A stretch of DNA of 64,000 nt from an uncultured Acidobacteriota bacterium (GCA_963805975.1 CAWDVR010000002.1:896001-960000); one strand, 5' to 3'; positions 9,484-19,778 are shown, numbered from the stretch's first letter. Notes: generated by a model not told the origin, from the letters alone. Numbers and translations: made by a program.

Positions 9484-11973
9484 CTACCCCTCTCCCTTGA
9501 GCGCCCGCACCGGGTCCACGGCGGTGGCGCGACGCGCGGGGAGGAGGGTGGCGAGGAAGGCCACCGCGGCGAGGAGGGCCGCGGTCAGGACGAAAGTCTT
9601 GGGGTCGAGCACCGAGAGGCCGTAGAGCAGTTCCCCGAGGGCGCGGCTGGTGAGGAGCGCCACGGTGCTACCGGCCAGCAGGCCCACGGCGATACCGATC
9701 GCCACCAGCTTCATGCCGTGGGCGAGCATCATCCGCACCACCGAGTCGCTCTCGGCCCCCAGCGCCATGCGGATGCCGATCTCGCGGTTGCGCTGCCCCA
9801 CGGCGTAGGACATCACACCGTAAATGCCGATCATCGCCAGCACCAGGGCCAGGCCGCCGAAGACGCCCAGGAGACCCGCCGCCAGCCGCGCCGGCCACAG
9901 CGACTGGGCGACCGTGGCGGTCATGGTCTCGACGTTCAGGATCGGTAGGTTGCGCTCCAGCGCCCGCACCTGGTCGCGCGCCAGGGTCATCGCCGTCGAG
10001 ACCCCTTTCTCGTCCTTCGCTCGCACGAAGAGGGCCATCGCGGGGCCGAAGTGCTGGCGCCGCGGCAGGTAGATGTAGGGCACCGGGTCCTCGCCCAGGG
10101 TGTTGACCTTGCGGTCCTTGGCGACGCCCACCACCTCGAGCAGCCAGTCCTGGCCGAAGAACTTGAAACGCTGGCCGACCGCGTTCTCCCCCGGCCAGAA
10201 CTGCTTGGCGGCCGCCTCGCTGAAGACTGCCACGTAGGGCGAGCCCATGCGGTCGAGCGCGGTGAACTCACGGCCGCCGACCAGGGGAATGCCCAGGGTC
10301 CTCAGATAGCCCTCGCCCACCGGGTCGATGGTGGTCAGGATGCCGTTGTTCTCGGCCTTGGGGTCGCGGCCCTCGACCAGCACGGTACGCATGAAGCCGC
10401 CCTGGGCGAGCGGCACGTTGGTGGCGAGTGTCGCCGACTCGATCCCGCCGCTCCCCTCGAGCCGCTCGAGCACCTGGTCGAAGAACTGCTCGGCCTGCGG
10501 CTGCTTGAAGCCCACGGCCGCGGTGTTCAGGAACATCACGGCGGTGCGGCCGGAGTCGAAGCCGGGATCGATCCGCGTGGCGTTGCCGAGGCTCCGCAGG
10601 AAGAGGCCGGAGCCGATGAGCGCCACCAGCGACAACGCCACCTGGCCGGCGACCAGGAGGTTGCGGAGCGAGAACAGGCTGGGCCGGCCGGCAGGCTCGT
10701 CGGCCCCGCGCTTCAGGCTCTGCACCACCGATGGGCGGGTGGCCTGGAGGGCCGGCGCCAGCCCGAAGAGCAGGCTGGTGAGGAGCGCCACGCCGAGCGT
10801 GAAGGCGAGCACCCGGCCGTCGAAGGAAAGGTCGAGCACCAGGCCCTGGAGGAACGGCGGGCGCAGGGCCCAGAGCGCGGTGCGCGCCCACCAGGCGAGC
10901 ACGAAACCCGCGGCGGCGGAGGCCAGGCCGAGGAGCAGGCTCTCGGCGAGGAGCTGGCGGATGAGCCGGCCGCGGCTGGCGCCGAGCGACAGGCGGACGG
11001 CGATCTCGCCCTTGCGGCCCATGGCGCGGGCGAGCATCAGGTTGGCGACGTTGGCGCAGGCGATGAGCAGCACCAGGGCCACGACGCCCATCAGCAGGCT
11101 GCTGCCCCCCGTGAGCGCTGCCCGCTGCTGGGGAGGCACGCGGCTCTCGAGCAGGGGCGCCAGGCCGACGTTCCGGCCGGTGTTCTCGATCGGGTGCTCC
11201 TGCTCCAGCGCCTTGCCGATGGTCTGGACCTGGGCTGTCGCCGCCTCGAGGGAGACCCCGGACTTCAGGCGCGCGAAGGTGAACGTGATCAGCGCCCGGC
11301 GGCTCTTGAAGTGGCCGGCCAGATCGGGCGGCGCCAGCAGCTCGTAGGCCATCGAAGGCGCCCAGGCGGCGGGCGCGCCGAACACCACCGGGGTGTCGAA
11401 GGCCACCGGCGCCACCCCGACCACGGTGAACGGCTGGGTGTTGAGATGGATGGTGGAGCCCACGATGGCGGGGTTGGCGCCGAAGTTCTCGCGCCAGGTG
11501 CGGTGGGCCAGCACCACCACCGGGTTCCTGCCCGGCACCTCGTCCTCCTCGGGCAGGAAGAAGCGGCCCAGCGCCGGCTGGGCGCCCAGGGTCTTGAAAT
11601 AGCCGCCGGAGACGAACTGCATGCCGATCGGCTGCGGCTCACCCTCACCCAGCTGCAGGCTGGCGCCCAGGAAGGTGAGGTTGATGGTCGAGGAGAAGAC
11701 CTGGTTGCGGTCCCGGTAATCCTCGAAGTTGGGCCTCGAGATCGGTAGCTGGTTGCCAAGGAACTGCTGCTTCGTATCGGTGCCGAAGAGGACCACCAGC
11801 TCCTCGGGCTTCTCCACCTGGATGCCCTTGAAGAAGAGGGCGTTGACCACCGAGAAGATGGTCACGTTGGCGGCCAGGCCCACGGCCAGCGAGGCCACGG
11901 CCACGGCGGTCACCGCCGGCGACTTGAGCATCATCCGAAGCGCGAATCGCAGGTCTTTGAGGAAACCGTCCAT
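9484..11973 (-). CDS. ADOP-type duplicated MacB/FtsX ABC permease
   Basis: MDGFLKDLRFALRM..KSP, LLIACANVANLMLAR, EIAVRLSLGA, GIYGVMSY..REIGIRMALGA, PARRATAVDP; no ATPase gene adjacent. Confidence 0.92.
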   Translation of the reverse strand: MDGFLKDLRFALRMMLKSPAVTAVAVASLAVGLAANVTIFSVVNALFFKGIQVEKPEELVVLFGTDTKQQFLGNQLPISRPNFEDYRDRNQVFSSTINLTFLGASLQLGEGEPQPIGMQFVSGGYFKTLGAQPALGRFFLPEEDEVPGRNPVVVLAHRTWRENFGANPAIVGSTIHLNTQPFTVVGVAPVAFDTPVVFGAPAAWAPSMAYELLAPPDLAGHFKSRRALITFTFARLKSGVSLEAATAQVQTIGKALEQEHPIENTGRNVGLAPLLESRVPPQQRAALTGGSSLLMGVVALVLLIACANVANLMLARAMGRKGEIAVRLSLGASRGRLIRQLLAESLLLGLASAAAGFVLAWWARTALWALRPPFLQGLVLDLSFDGRVLAFTLGVALLTSLLFGLAPALQATRPSVVQSLKRGADEPAGRPSLFSLRNLLVAGQVALSLVALIGSGLFLRSLGNATRIDPGFDSGRTAVMFLNTAAVGFKQPQAEQFFDQVLERLEGSGGIESATLATNVPLAQGGFMRTVLVEGRDPKAENNGILTTIDPVGEGYLRTLGIPLVGGREFTALDRMGSPYVAVFSEAAAKQFWPGENAVGQRFKFFGQDWLLEVVGVAKDRKVNTLGEDPVPYIYLPRRQHFGPAMALFVRAKDEKGVSTAMTLARDQVRALERNLPILNVETMTATVAQSLWPARLAAGLLGVFGGLALVLAMIGIYGVMSYAVGQRNREIGIRMALGAESDSVVRMMLAHGMKLVAIGIAVGLLAGSTVALLTSRALGELLYGLSVLDPKTFVLTAALLAAVAFLATLLPARRATAVDPVRALKGEG

Positions 11974-12097
11974 GAGCGAGCTCCTTGCCGGCTGTTCTCT
12001 CGATAGTACGCCAGTGGTCCCGGGAGGTTTCCCCGGCCGCCACCAGCGAAACGAACTAAGATCGATCCCGTTCCATCCGTGGGGAGTACCGGATCTC

Positions 12098-12772
12098 ATG
12101 CCCGCCAGAACCCGAGCCGCATCGCAGCAGGCCTCCCTCTACGCCGTCCACCCCGGCGTTGCCATGACCCAGAAGTGGATCGCCGAGATGAAAGACCGGA
12201 CCGGCCGCTCGCTCGCCGGCTGGCTCGATCTGATCCGCGAGCAGGGCCCCGCCGGGGAGAAGGAGGTCGCGGCCCGGCTCAAGCAGGAGCACGGCTTCAC
12301 GACCCACAACGCGAGCTGGATGGCGCAGCGGGCCTCGAACAGGGCCCTGGGCCTCGCGGACGAGGACCCCGACGCCTACCTGGCCGCGGCGCCCCGCTAC
12401 GTGGAGACGATGTACACCGGCAAAGAGGCGCTGCGGCCGATCCACGACGCCGTCGTGAGCCTGGTCCGCGAAGTGAGCCCGGAGGTGCGCATCTGCCCCT
12501 GCACGACCATCGTGCCGTTCTACCGGGAGCACGTCTTCGCGCGCACCCAGCCGGCCACCAAGACCCGCGTGGACGTCGGCCTGGCGCTCAAGGGCCACCC
12601 CGGCAAGCTGCCGGCGCGCCTCGTGGACACCGGCGGCCTGGCCAAGGGCGACCGCATCACCCACCGCATCCCTTTGCAGCAGGTGGGCGAGGTGGACGAC
12701 GAGGTCGGCCGCTGGCTCGCCATCTCCTGGGAGCTCGACGCGCCGAAGAAGGCGAAGCGCCCCTCACCCTAA
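12098..12772 (+). CDS. DUF4287/DUF5655 domain protein
   Basis: RTGRSLAGW, LKQEHG, CTTIVPFYR, TKTRVDVGLAL, DRITHRI, VDDEV..WL. Confidence 0.8.
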   Translation: MPARTRAASQQASLYAVHPGVAMTQKWIAEMKDRTGRSLAGWLDLIREQGPAGEKEVAARLKQEHGFTTHNASWMAQRASNRALGLADEDPDAYLAAAPRYVETMYTGKEALRPIHDAVVSLVREVSPEVRICPCTTIVPFYREHVFARTQPATKTRVDVGLALKGHPGKLPARLVDTGGLAKGDRITHRIPLQQVGEVDDEVGRWLAISWELDAPKKAKRPSP

Positions 12773-12799
12773 CCCTCTCCCCGCAAGCGGGGCGAGGGG
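12760..12799 (+). repeat. Extragenic palindromic repeat, CCCCTCACCC..CCCTCTCCCCGCAAGCGGGGCGAGGGG type (copy 1 of 3)
   Basis: Near-identical copies at 24061-24101 and (inverted) 24151-24192; internal hairpin. Confidence 0.85.
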
Positions 12800-12805
12800 A
12801 CCGGA

Positions 12806-12861
12806 GTAAGGGCGACCCTCGTGGTCGCCCTCGTCAGGGCGGGCACGAGGCCCGCCCCTAC
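12806..12861. repeat. Inverted pair of GTAG-type REP sequences (REPIN-like doublet)
   Basis: GTAAGGGCGACCCTCGTGGTCGCCCT on + and GTAGGGGCGGGCCTCGTGCCCGCCCT on -, 4 nt apart; each is a GTAG-like tetramer plus a hairpin. Confidence 0.75.
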
Positions 12862-15122
12862 AGGCCCTTCACCACCGCCGTCGCCTTCTCCACCTCGGCC
12901 GTGAAGCGGGCCAGCACGCCGGCCAGCACCTCGATCTGCTGGCCGGCCTCGGCGAACTTCCTCACCTCGATCGCCTCGCGCACCGCCGGCAGGGTCTTGA
13001 CGCCGTAGCCCGTGTAGTTCCCCGGCGCGTAGAGGTAGTGGCGGTACCACGGCCGCCCCGGCAGCCCCTCTTTGCGCAGCAGCGCTCGCTCGAGCCCCAT
13101 CAGGATGCCGTCGAGCTTCGCCTGCTCGGCGCTCGGGAGCGGCTTGCCGCTCGCCGCCCGCGCGGTTCCGGCGCTCTCGTAGCGCTCGACCGCGGCCTGG
13201 AGCGCTGCCACCGCGTTGTCGAGCGGCGCGAAGTTGAGGTAGGGCACCGGCTCCTTGGCCTGGGGGACGACGAAGGTCTTCCGCGGGTCGGACACCGCCT
13301 CGTAGACCTTGCGCTCGAGCCGCCCATTCTCCTCCACCGTCGAGTCGCGGAGGTCGTCCGTCATCTTCTTGACGTCCGTCACGTACTCGCCCACCGTGGC
13401 GGAGAAGCGGCCGAGCTCGAAGGGCAGCACGTCGGCGTTGGCGAAGCGCAGCATCACCCGGCCGCCGGCCTGGGCGAGCGCCACGCCGTAGCGGAAGTCG
13501 GTGTCCATGAAGCGGGTGTAGTGGTCGAAGGAGTCGTAGATCGAGTGGTACTGGCCGTACTCGCCCTCGTCGCCGAAGGCGAAGTTGAGCGAGGCGACCC
13601 CGAGGTGCTGGAGGAAAGGGGTGAAGTCCGAGCCCGAGCCCAGGGCGGAGAGGCGGAGCGGCTTGCCGTCCCGCGCCTCCCGGCGCTCGGTTGGGGAGCC
13701 GTTGAGCTCGACGTAGGCCCGCAGCCGGTCCGCGGCGCTGCCGCCCTTCTCCGGATCGGTCACGTCCCGCGCCACCTCGTTCATGAAGAGCTCGAGCGTG
13801 TGCGAGCCGCCCATGCCGAAGAAGCCGCGCTCGTTCGAGTCCGAGTTGGCGTAGAGCACCGCCTTCTGGGCCAGGAGCTCGGCGTGCGCTTCCACCCACT
13901 CGGTCGAGCCCAGGAGGCCCGGCTCCTCGGCGTCCCAGCCGGCGTAGACGATCGTCCGCTTGGGCCGCCAGCCCTCCTTGGCGAGCATGCCCACCGCCCG
14001 CGCCTCTTCGAGCACCGCCACCATGCCGGAGATCGGGTCGGTGGCGCCGTTCACCCAGCCGTCGAAGTGGTTGCCGCGGATCACCCACTGGTCCGGCCGC
14101 TCGGCTCCGGGGAGCTTGGCGATCACGTCGAGCGCCGGCGCCAGGTCCCAGTTGAACGCGAGCTTCAGATGGACCTTCGCCGGGCCCGGCCCCAGGTGGT
14201 AGGTGATGGGCAGCGCGCCGCGCCAATCGCGGGGCGCCACCGGCCCGCCGAGCGCGGCGAGGAGCGGCTTCGCGTCGCGGGCGGAGATCGGCAGCACCGG
14301 GACCTTGGTGAGCGTCGTCGCCTCGGAGAGCGGTAGGCGCTTGGCGTCCTTGGTGGCGCCCACGAACGGCGTCAGCGGGTCGCCCGAGCGCTGCGGTACG
14401 TCCGTCACCGAGCCGCGCTGCACGCCCTGGTCCGGCCGCCAGCCGCCCTGGGGATAGACATCGCCCCAGGCAAAGCCGTCGATGTCCGGGTCGGAGTAGA
14501 TGATGCAGCCGATGGCGCCGTGCTCGGCCGCCACCTTGGGCTTGATGCCGCGCCACGAGGCGCCGTACTTGACGATCACGATCTTGCCCTTGACGTCGAT
14601 CCCGTGCTTGGCGAGCTCCTCGTAGTCCTTGGGCAGGCCGTAGTTGACGTAGACCAGCTCACCCGTCACGTCGCCGTCGATCGAGTAGGCGTTGTAGGTC
14701 GGGAGCTGCTCGGCGGTCTGGCCGGAGGTCGAGTCCTCGGCGAGCGTGTCCTCCTTGAGAGAGGCCGTGAAGCGCGTCGGGGCCACCATCTCCAGCAGCC
14801 GCACCTTGGGGGTCGGGAACAGCACGTGGAACTCCTCGATCGCGGCCTCGTAGCCCCAGGAGCGGAAGAGGCCCACCATCATCTCGGCGTTCGCCCGCCC
14901 CTGCGGCGAGCCCACGTGGTTCGGCCGCGCCGACATCTGCTGCATCCACTGGCGGAGGTTGTCGGCGGAGAGCTGGGCGTCGAGCTTCGCCTCCAGGGCA
15001 AGCTGCCCGGCGACCCGCTCCGGAGCGAACCCCTGGAGCGACTTCTCCGGCGGCGTGGCAGCGGCTACGGGAGCCAGGGCGAGGGCGACGAGAACGAGCG
15101 ACGACGAGGCGAGCTTGCGCAT
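12858..15122 (-). CDS. M28 glutamate carboxypeptidase II-like peptidase (PA, M28 and TfR dimerisation domains)
   Basis: Signal peptide; VYVNYG, GVQRGSV, GNHFDGWVNGATDP.SG, WDAEEPGLLGSTEW, GSGSDF, YHSIYD, RPWYRHYLYAPG. Confidence 0.93.
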   Translation of the reverse strand: MRKLASSSLVLVALALAPVAAATPPEKSLQGFAPERVAGQLALEAKLDAQLSADNLRQWMQQMSARPNHVGSPQGRANAEMMVGLFRSWGYEAAIEEFHVLFPTPKVRLLEMVAPTRFTASLKEDTLAEDSTSGQTAEQLPTYNAYSIDGDVTGELVYVNYGLPKDYEELAKHGIDVKGKIVIVKYGASWRGIKPKVAAEHGAIGCIIYSDPDIDGFAWGDVYPQGGWRPDQGVQRGSVTDVPQRSGDPLTPFVGATKDAKRLPLSEATTLTKVPVLPISARDAKPLLAALGGPVAPRDWRGALPITYHLGPGPAKVHLKLAFNWDLAPALDVIAKLPGAERPDQWVIRGNHFDGWVNGATDPISGMVAVLEEARAVGMLAKEGWRPKRTIVYAGWDAEEPGLLGSTEWVEAHAELLAQKAVLYANSDSNERGFFGMGGSHTLELFMNEVARDVTDPEKGGSAADRLRAYVELNGSPTERREARDGKPLRLSALGSGSDFTPFLQHLGVASLNFAFGDEGEYGQYHSIYDSFDHYTRFMDTDFRYGVALAQAGGRVMLRFANADVLPFELGRFSATVGEYVTDVKKMTDDLRDSTVEENGRLERKVYEAVSDPRKTFVVPQAKEPVPYLNFAPLDNAVAALQAAVERYESAGTARAASGKPLPSAEQAKLDGILMGLERALLRKEGLPGRPWYRHYLYAPGNYTGYGVKTLPAVREAIEVRKFAEAGQQIEVLAGVLARFTAEVEKATAVVKGL

Positions 15123-15245
15123 GCGGACTCTCCTTGGGTGGCGGCAGGGGGCGGGTGGAGAGAGATTCTACTGCCCCAGCCGGCGACCGAGCCGGCGCCG
15201 CGCATAGACTTGCGCACCTCTCGCGACGGTTGCTCCACGGCCCGG

Positions 15246-16787
15246 CTACGGCCTTGGCAGCCTCAGGACCCGCAGCACTCCACGCCCCACCACGTCCGGT
15301 GAGAGGACCAGGATCTCCGGTCTGCCGTCCCCGTCCAGGTCTGCGATCTCGACCTCCTCGCCGCGCTCGACCTCTTCGCGGTCGACCTCTGCGCCCGAGG
15401 CCGAGAGAGTGAGCACCACCTTCTCGGGGTCCTCCTCCGGCTTGCGGAGCGGGAGCGTCCAGCGGGGCTGTTTCTCGATCACCCGCCCGGAGCTCGCGGC
15501 GCCGGCGAAGATCGTCACCGTCTCGGTGCCGACGGCAACGAGATCGGGCCGGCCGTCGCCGGTCAGGTCGTGGCCGTAGCGCCACTTCGAGGGAGGCTGC
15601 TCGACCGTCGAATGGCGTGCCTGGGTCGAGAAGCGCCCGCCACCCAGGCCGGGCAGGGCTTCTAGGGCCAGCTCGGGCGCGGTCAGTCCCTTGGTGTAGA
15701 CCAGGACCAGGTCCTCCTTGCCGTCGCCGTCCGTATCCGTGACGTGCATGTCCGGCTCGGCCCAGCGCGGCGCGCCCGTGTCATAGGAGAGGAGCGGCAG
15801 CTTGCCGGCGCGGGTGCGGTCCGCCGCCAGCGAGAACACCCGCAGCTTGCGGTTCTCGAACAGGGCGAGCTTGCCGGCGGTCTGGGTGAGGGCGATGAGC
15901 ACCGTCTTGCCGCCGAGGACGGCGTAGCGGCTCCCCTCGACCCCTTCCGGCGACGGCAGGCGCGACCAGGCCTCGGTCCTGACCGCCTCCCCGTCGGCCG
16001 GCAGCTCGACGAGGAAGCTCCGCAGCCGGCGGTCGCCGTGCGCCTCGGGGCCGATCGCGAACCGCGGCCCGCCGGCGCCTTCTTCGTCCAGGAGCGTCAC
16101 CCGCGGGCTCGCGAGCCGCAGGCCGGTGGGCTCGCGGGCCACGGAGATGGGCAGCGGGATGCGGGTGCGCAGCCGCGGCGCGGGTTGGCCGGGCTCGTAG
16201 AGGTAGAGGGCCCCGGCTTCGGAAGCGACGAGGAGGCCCGAGTCCAGGAAGGGGCCCAGGGCGCCCGCCTTGCGCAGCCGCTTGGGCGACAGCGAGCGCG
16301 GGTCGAAGCCGGGATGGCGCAGCAACGGCTTCGGCTCCGGTCGAGCCCCGAGCCCCGAGACCGGGCCCAGCGTGTCGAGCTCGCCCATGCCGCCCAGCAG
16401 GACCTCGGCCTCGCCGTCGCCGTCGAGGTCGCCGGCGAAGAGGGCCTTGGCGCCGCCGGGCAACCCGGCCGCGAGCTCCACCAGGCCACCGCCGGCCTGC
16501 GTCTCCAGCCGGTACAGCGACCGCGGGCCATCGACTTCGCCTTCGGGCCGCACCAGGAGCAGCACGCCGGATACGAGCTTCTCTCCAGCCACGAGCGCCG
16601 CGACGATCGGCCCCGGCAGCACGGCGTCGATCCGCTGGCCGGTGCCCACCTCGAAGCGGCCGATCGCAGGCGGCTCCGGGGGCGGAGGCTTCGGCCGCTC
16701 CGGCGCTGCGGCCCCGGCACCGCGACCTCCCGTGGCCACGAGAGCGAAGAGAAGAGCCGTGAGGCCCGGCCGGCCTCGCACCGTCAT
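15246..16787 (-). CDS. Secreted FG-GAP/VCBS repeat protein
   Basis: Repeated Ca-binding motifs GDLDGDGEAE, DTDGDGKED, DLTGDGRPD, DLDGDGRPE; signal peptide. Confidence 0.8.
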   Translation of the reverse strand: MTVRGRPGLTALLFALVATGGRGAGAAAPERPKPPPPEPPAIGRFEVGTGQRIDAVLPGPIVAALVAGEKLVSGVLLLVRPEGEVDGPRSLYRLETQAGGGLVELAAGLPGGAKALFAGDLDGDGEAEVLLGGMGELDTLGPVSGLGARPEPKPLLRHPGFDPRSLSPKRLRKAGALGPFLDSGLLVASEAGALYLYEPGQPAPRLRTRIPLPISVAREPTGLRLASPRVTLLDEEGAGGPRFAIGPEAHGDRRLRSFLVELPADGEAVRTEAWSRLPSPEGVEGSRYAVLGGKTVLIALTQTAGKLALFENRKLRVFSLAADRTRAGKLPLLSYDTGAPRWAEPDMHVTDTDGDGKEDLVLVYTKGLTAPELALEALPGLGGGRFSTQARHSTVEQPPSKWRYGHDLTGDGRPDLVAVGTETVTIFAGAASSGRVIEKQPRWTLPLRKPEEDPEKVVLTLSASGAEVDREEVERGEEVEIADLDGDGRPEILVLSPDVVGRGVLRVLRLPRP

Positions 16788-16791
16788 CTTC

Positions 16792-18456
16792 CTACTCGGC
16801 TTTCGACAGGTAGAGATCGAGGCGCACCGGCGCAGCGTCCTCGTCGTCGGGCGAGCGGCCGGAGGCCGGCCGCGTCTGGGTGAGCATCAGGTCCGCGCGG
16901 CCGTCGCCGTTCAGGTCCTCGACCCGCACCAGCGCCAGATCCTGCGGCGGCTCGTCGAGCGGGATCGAGAGGTCCGGGGCGCCGGGATACGAGCAGTCGT
17001 CCCGGCCGCGGTGGAGGGTCACGGTCTTGCCGCGGCCGATCTGCACGAAGTCCGCACGGCCGTCGCCGTCGAAGTCGCCGGCGAAGAGCGAGAGCTGCCC
17101 CAGTCGGAGGTTGTTGAGGTCGATCTTGAACTCGCCCGCGAGGTCCAGGCCGGTCACCGGCTGGAAGCTGCCGTCGCTCTTCTGACACCAGATGCGGAAG
17201 TCGAGCCCCAGGGTGATGCGCTTCACCGCCAGCACGCGCACCGCCTGCAGCAGCGAGAAGTCGAGCGCCACGGCCACCAGGTCGAGGCGGCCGTCGCCGT
17301 TCAGATCCTGGAAGCCGCCGGGGATGCTCGGCCCGTCGCCGCCGGCGCCGAAAGCGTAGCCCACGGTCGAGAGGACGCGCCCGCCGCTCTCCGGGACCGG
17401 GCCCAGCGGATGGATGCGGTAGGTGAAGTGAGGCTCCTTCGCCTCCTTGAGGCCGGCCCGCAGGCCCTTGGGGTCCTCGTTCGGCTGCTCCTCGGTCACC
17501 ATCTCGGCTTGGCCGTCGCCGTCCAGATCGCCCACGAAGACCACTTCCGGCTTGGCGTCGCGAGAGCGGTCTCCGAGCGGCGCGATCGGTGGCGCGAAGT
17601 GCCCGCCGCCCGTGCCTCGCAGCACCTGGAATTCGTTCCACTGCTTCAGATGGTCGCGCAGCAGGAGGTCGGGCAGGCCGTCGGCGTCCACGTCCTCGAC
17701 CACCGGCAGCGGGTAGTGCCGCACCAGGCCGCGGTGGTACTGGAAGGCCTTGCCCGGGAGGCGGGAATCGAAGGGCAGCGCCACCCTCGCCGCCGGCTGG
17801 CGCTCGAGGCTGCCGGCGCGAGCCAGGTAGATCGAGGCGCCGTCCGAGGTCGGCAGCAGGAAGTCCGCGGCGCCGTCGCCGTCGAGATCGCGCGCCAGCT
17901 CGAGGCGCGGTACGAATACGCCGGCACCGGCGAGCACCGGCGGCTCGGCGATCCAGGGCTCGAGCGAGAGGGTGCCCTCCGCCGACAGCCGCAGCACCGA
18001 CACGCCCTCGTCGGTGAGCGCCAGCACCGGCTGCGACGCCGGCCCGGCCTCCATGCTGATCACCGAGGGTTGGAGCGCCAGCGGCTCGCCAGCCAGCCGG
18101 TAGCCGCCGGCGCCGTCCGCCAGGTACGCCCGCACCTCGCGCCGGTCGAGGAGCGCCGAGACCACGGTCAGCACCTCGACCAGGCCGTCGACCCCCTCCA
18201 TCTCCGAGGACTCCTCGATCCCGATCTCGCCGTGCTCGGTGTAGGCCAGCACCACCGCCAGGTCGAGCCGGCCGTCGTGGTTCAGGTCCGCCGGCACCAC
18301 CACCGCCGGCGCACCGGGAAGCTCCAGGCGCACGCGCTCCCGGTCGAGCGGGCGGGAGGCGGCGGCGAGACCCGGAGGCATCGCGCTCGCGAGCATCGCG
18401 AAGAGCAGGCAGCGGATCGTCGGGGCTGGGGCGAGGCGGGAGGTGTGGGAGCGCAT
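16792..18456 (-). CDS. Secreted FG-GAP/VCBS repeat protein
   Basis: Seven DxDxDG-type motifs (DLNHDGRLD, DLDGDGAAD, DVDADGLPD, DLDGDGQAE, DLNGDGRLD, DFDGDGRAD, DLNGDGRAD). Confidence 0.85.
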   Translation of the reverse strand: MRSHTSRLAPAPTIRCLLFAMLASAMPPGLAAASRPLDRERVRLELPGAPAVVVPADLNHDGRLDLAVVLAYTEHGEIGIEESSEMEGVDGLVEVLTVVSALLDRREVRAYLADGAGGYRLAGEPLALQPSVISMEAGPASQPVLALTDEGVSVLRLSAEGTLSLEPWIAEPPVLAGAGVFVPRLELARDLDGDGAADFLLPTSDGASIYLARAGSLERQPAARVALPFDSRLPGKAFQYHRGLVRHYPLPVVEDVDADGLPDLLLRDHLKQWNEFQVLRGTGGGHFAPPIAPLGDRSRDAKPEVVFVGDLDGDGQAEMVTEEQPNEDPKGLRAGLKEAKEPHFTYRIHPLGPVPESGGRVLSTVGYAFGAGGDGPSIPGGFQDLNGDGRLDLVAVALDFSLLQAVRVLAVKRITLGLDFRIWCQKSDGSFQPVTGLDLAGEFKIDLNNLRLGQLSLFAGDFDGDGRADFVQIGRGKTVTLHRGRDDCSYPGAPDLSIPLDEPPQDLALVRVEDLNGDGRADLMLTQTRPASGRSPDDEDAAPVRLDLYLSKAE

Positions 18457-18510
18457 CTTCTAGTCTAGAGACGCTGCCGACCGGCCGATGTTACGCGGTG
18501 CGCCGTGCCC

Positions 18511-19707
18511 TTACTTCCGCCCCGGGTAGACCTCGAGCGCCCGGGCCAGGAGCCGGGTGGCGCGGCGGATGGCGTCGACATTCAATACAAAGGCGATGCG
18601 CGCCTCCTGCTCGCCGCGGCCGGGGGTGGCGTAGAAGCCGTTGCCGGGAGCGAGCATCAGGGTCTCGCCGCCCTCGGAGAAGTCCGTCAGGAGCCAGGAG
18701 CAGAAGCGGTCCGCGTTGTCGATCGGCAGCCGCAGCATGGCGTAGAAGGCGCCCTTGGGCTTGCCCGCGATCAGGCCCGGGATGGTCTCCAGCACCTCGA
18801 AGGCGGCGTCGCGCCGGCGCAGGTACTCGAGCCGCATCTCCTCGTAGTAGCTGGCCGGTAGCGACAGCGCCGCGTTGGCCGCCAGCTGCTCCATGGTGGG
18901 AGGGCAGAGCCGAGCCTGGCCGAAGCGCAGGGCGGCGTCCACCACCTCCGGGTTCTTGCTCACCAGGCAGCCCACCCGCGCCCCGCAGGCGCTGAAGCGC
19001 TTGGAGATGCTGTCGAGGAGGATGGCGCGGTCCTCGAGCCCCGGCAGGGCGAGCACGGAACGGCTCACGGCGCCGTCGTAGACGAACTCGCGATACACCT
19101 CGTCGGCCAGCAGGAAGAGGTCGTGCTCGAGCGCGATCTCCCCGAGGGTCTCGAGCTCCTCGCGGCTCAGCACGTAGCCGGTGGGGTTGTTGGGGTTGCA
19201 GACCAGGATGGCGCGGGTGCGCGAGGTGATGCTGCCGCGGATGCTGTCGGCGGGGGGCAGGGCGTAGCCGTCCTCCGGCCGCGAGGTCACCGGCACGACC
19301 TTGACGCCGGTCTCGACGGCAAACCCGTTGTAGTTGGTGTAGAGCGGCTCCGGGACGATCACCTCGTCGCCCGGGTCGGCGACCGCCAGCAGGGCGAAGA
19401 TGATCGCCTCGCTGCCGGCCGTGGTGACGAGCACGTCCTCCTTCTCGACCGCCAGCCCCAGGCCCTGGTAGTAGCGGGCCAGGTTCGCCCGGTACTCCGG
19501 GAGCCCCCCGGAATGGCCATACTCGAGGATCTCCAGGTCGTGGTTGCGGAACGCGTCGAGCATCACGCGCGGCGTGGGCACGTCGGGCTGACCGATGTTC
19601 AGGTGGTAGACGTGGGTGCCCCGGCGCTTGGCCTCGTCGGCCAGGGGGACCAGGCGGCGAATCGGCGAGGGCGGCATGATCCGCGCGCGCCTGGCGATGG
19701 GAGGCAT
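18511..19707 (-). CDS. PLP-dependent class I/II (aspartate-type) aminotransferase
   Basis: LNIGQPD, CNPNNPTG, ADEVYREF, DSISKRFSACGARVG (PLP lysine). Confidence 0.93.
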   Translation of the reverse strand: MPPIARRARIMPPSPIRRLVPLADEAKRRGTHVYHLNIGQPDVPTPRVMLDAFRNHDLEILEYGHSGGLPEYRANLARYYQGLGLAVEKEDVLVTTAGSEAIIFALLAVADPGDEVIVPEPLYTNYNGFAVETGVKVVPVTSRPEDGYALPPADSIRGSITSRTRAILVCNPNNPTGYVLSREELETLGEIALEHDLFLLADEVYREFVYDGAVSRSVLALPGLEDRAILLDSISKRFSACGARVGCLVSKNPEVVDAALRFGQARLCPPTMEQLAANAALSLPASYYEEMRLEYLRRRDAAFEVLETIPGLIAGKPKGAFYAMLRLPIDNADRFCSWLLTDFSEGGETLMLAPGNGFYATPGRGEQEARIAFVLNVDAIRRATRLLARALEVYPGRK

Positions 19708-19778
19708 GCTGGAGGGAGATCCTTTCTTTCGTCGGCGAGCAACGCTCGGCTGCACCCCATTCTATAGACTCCGTCGCC

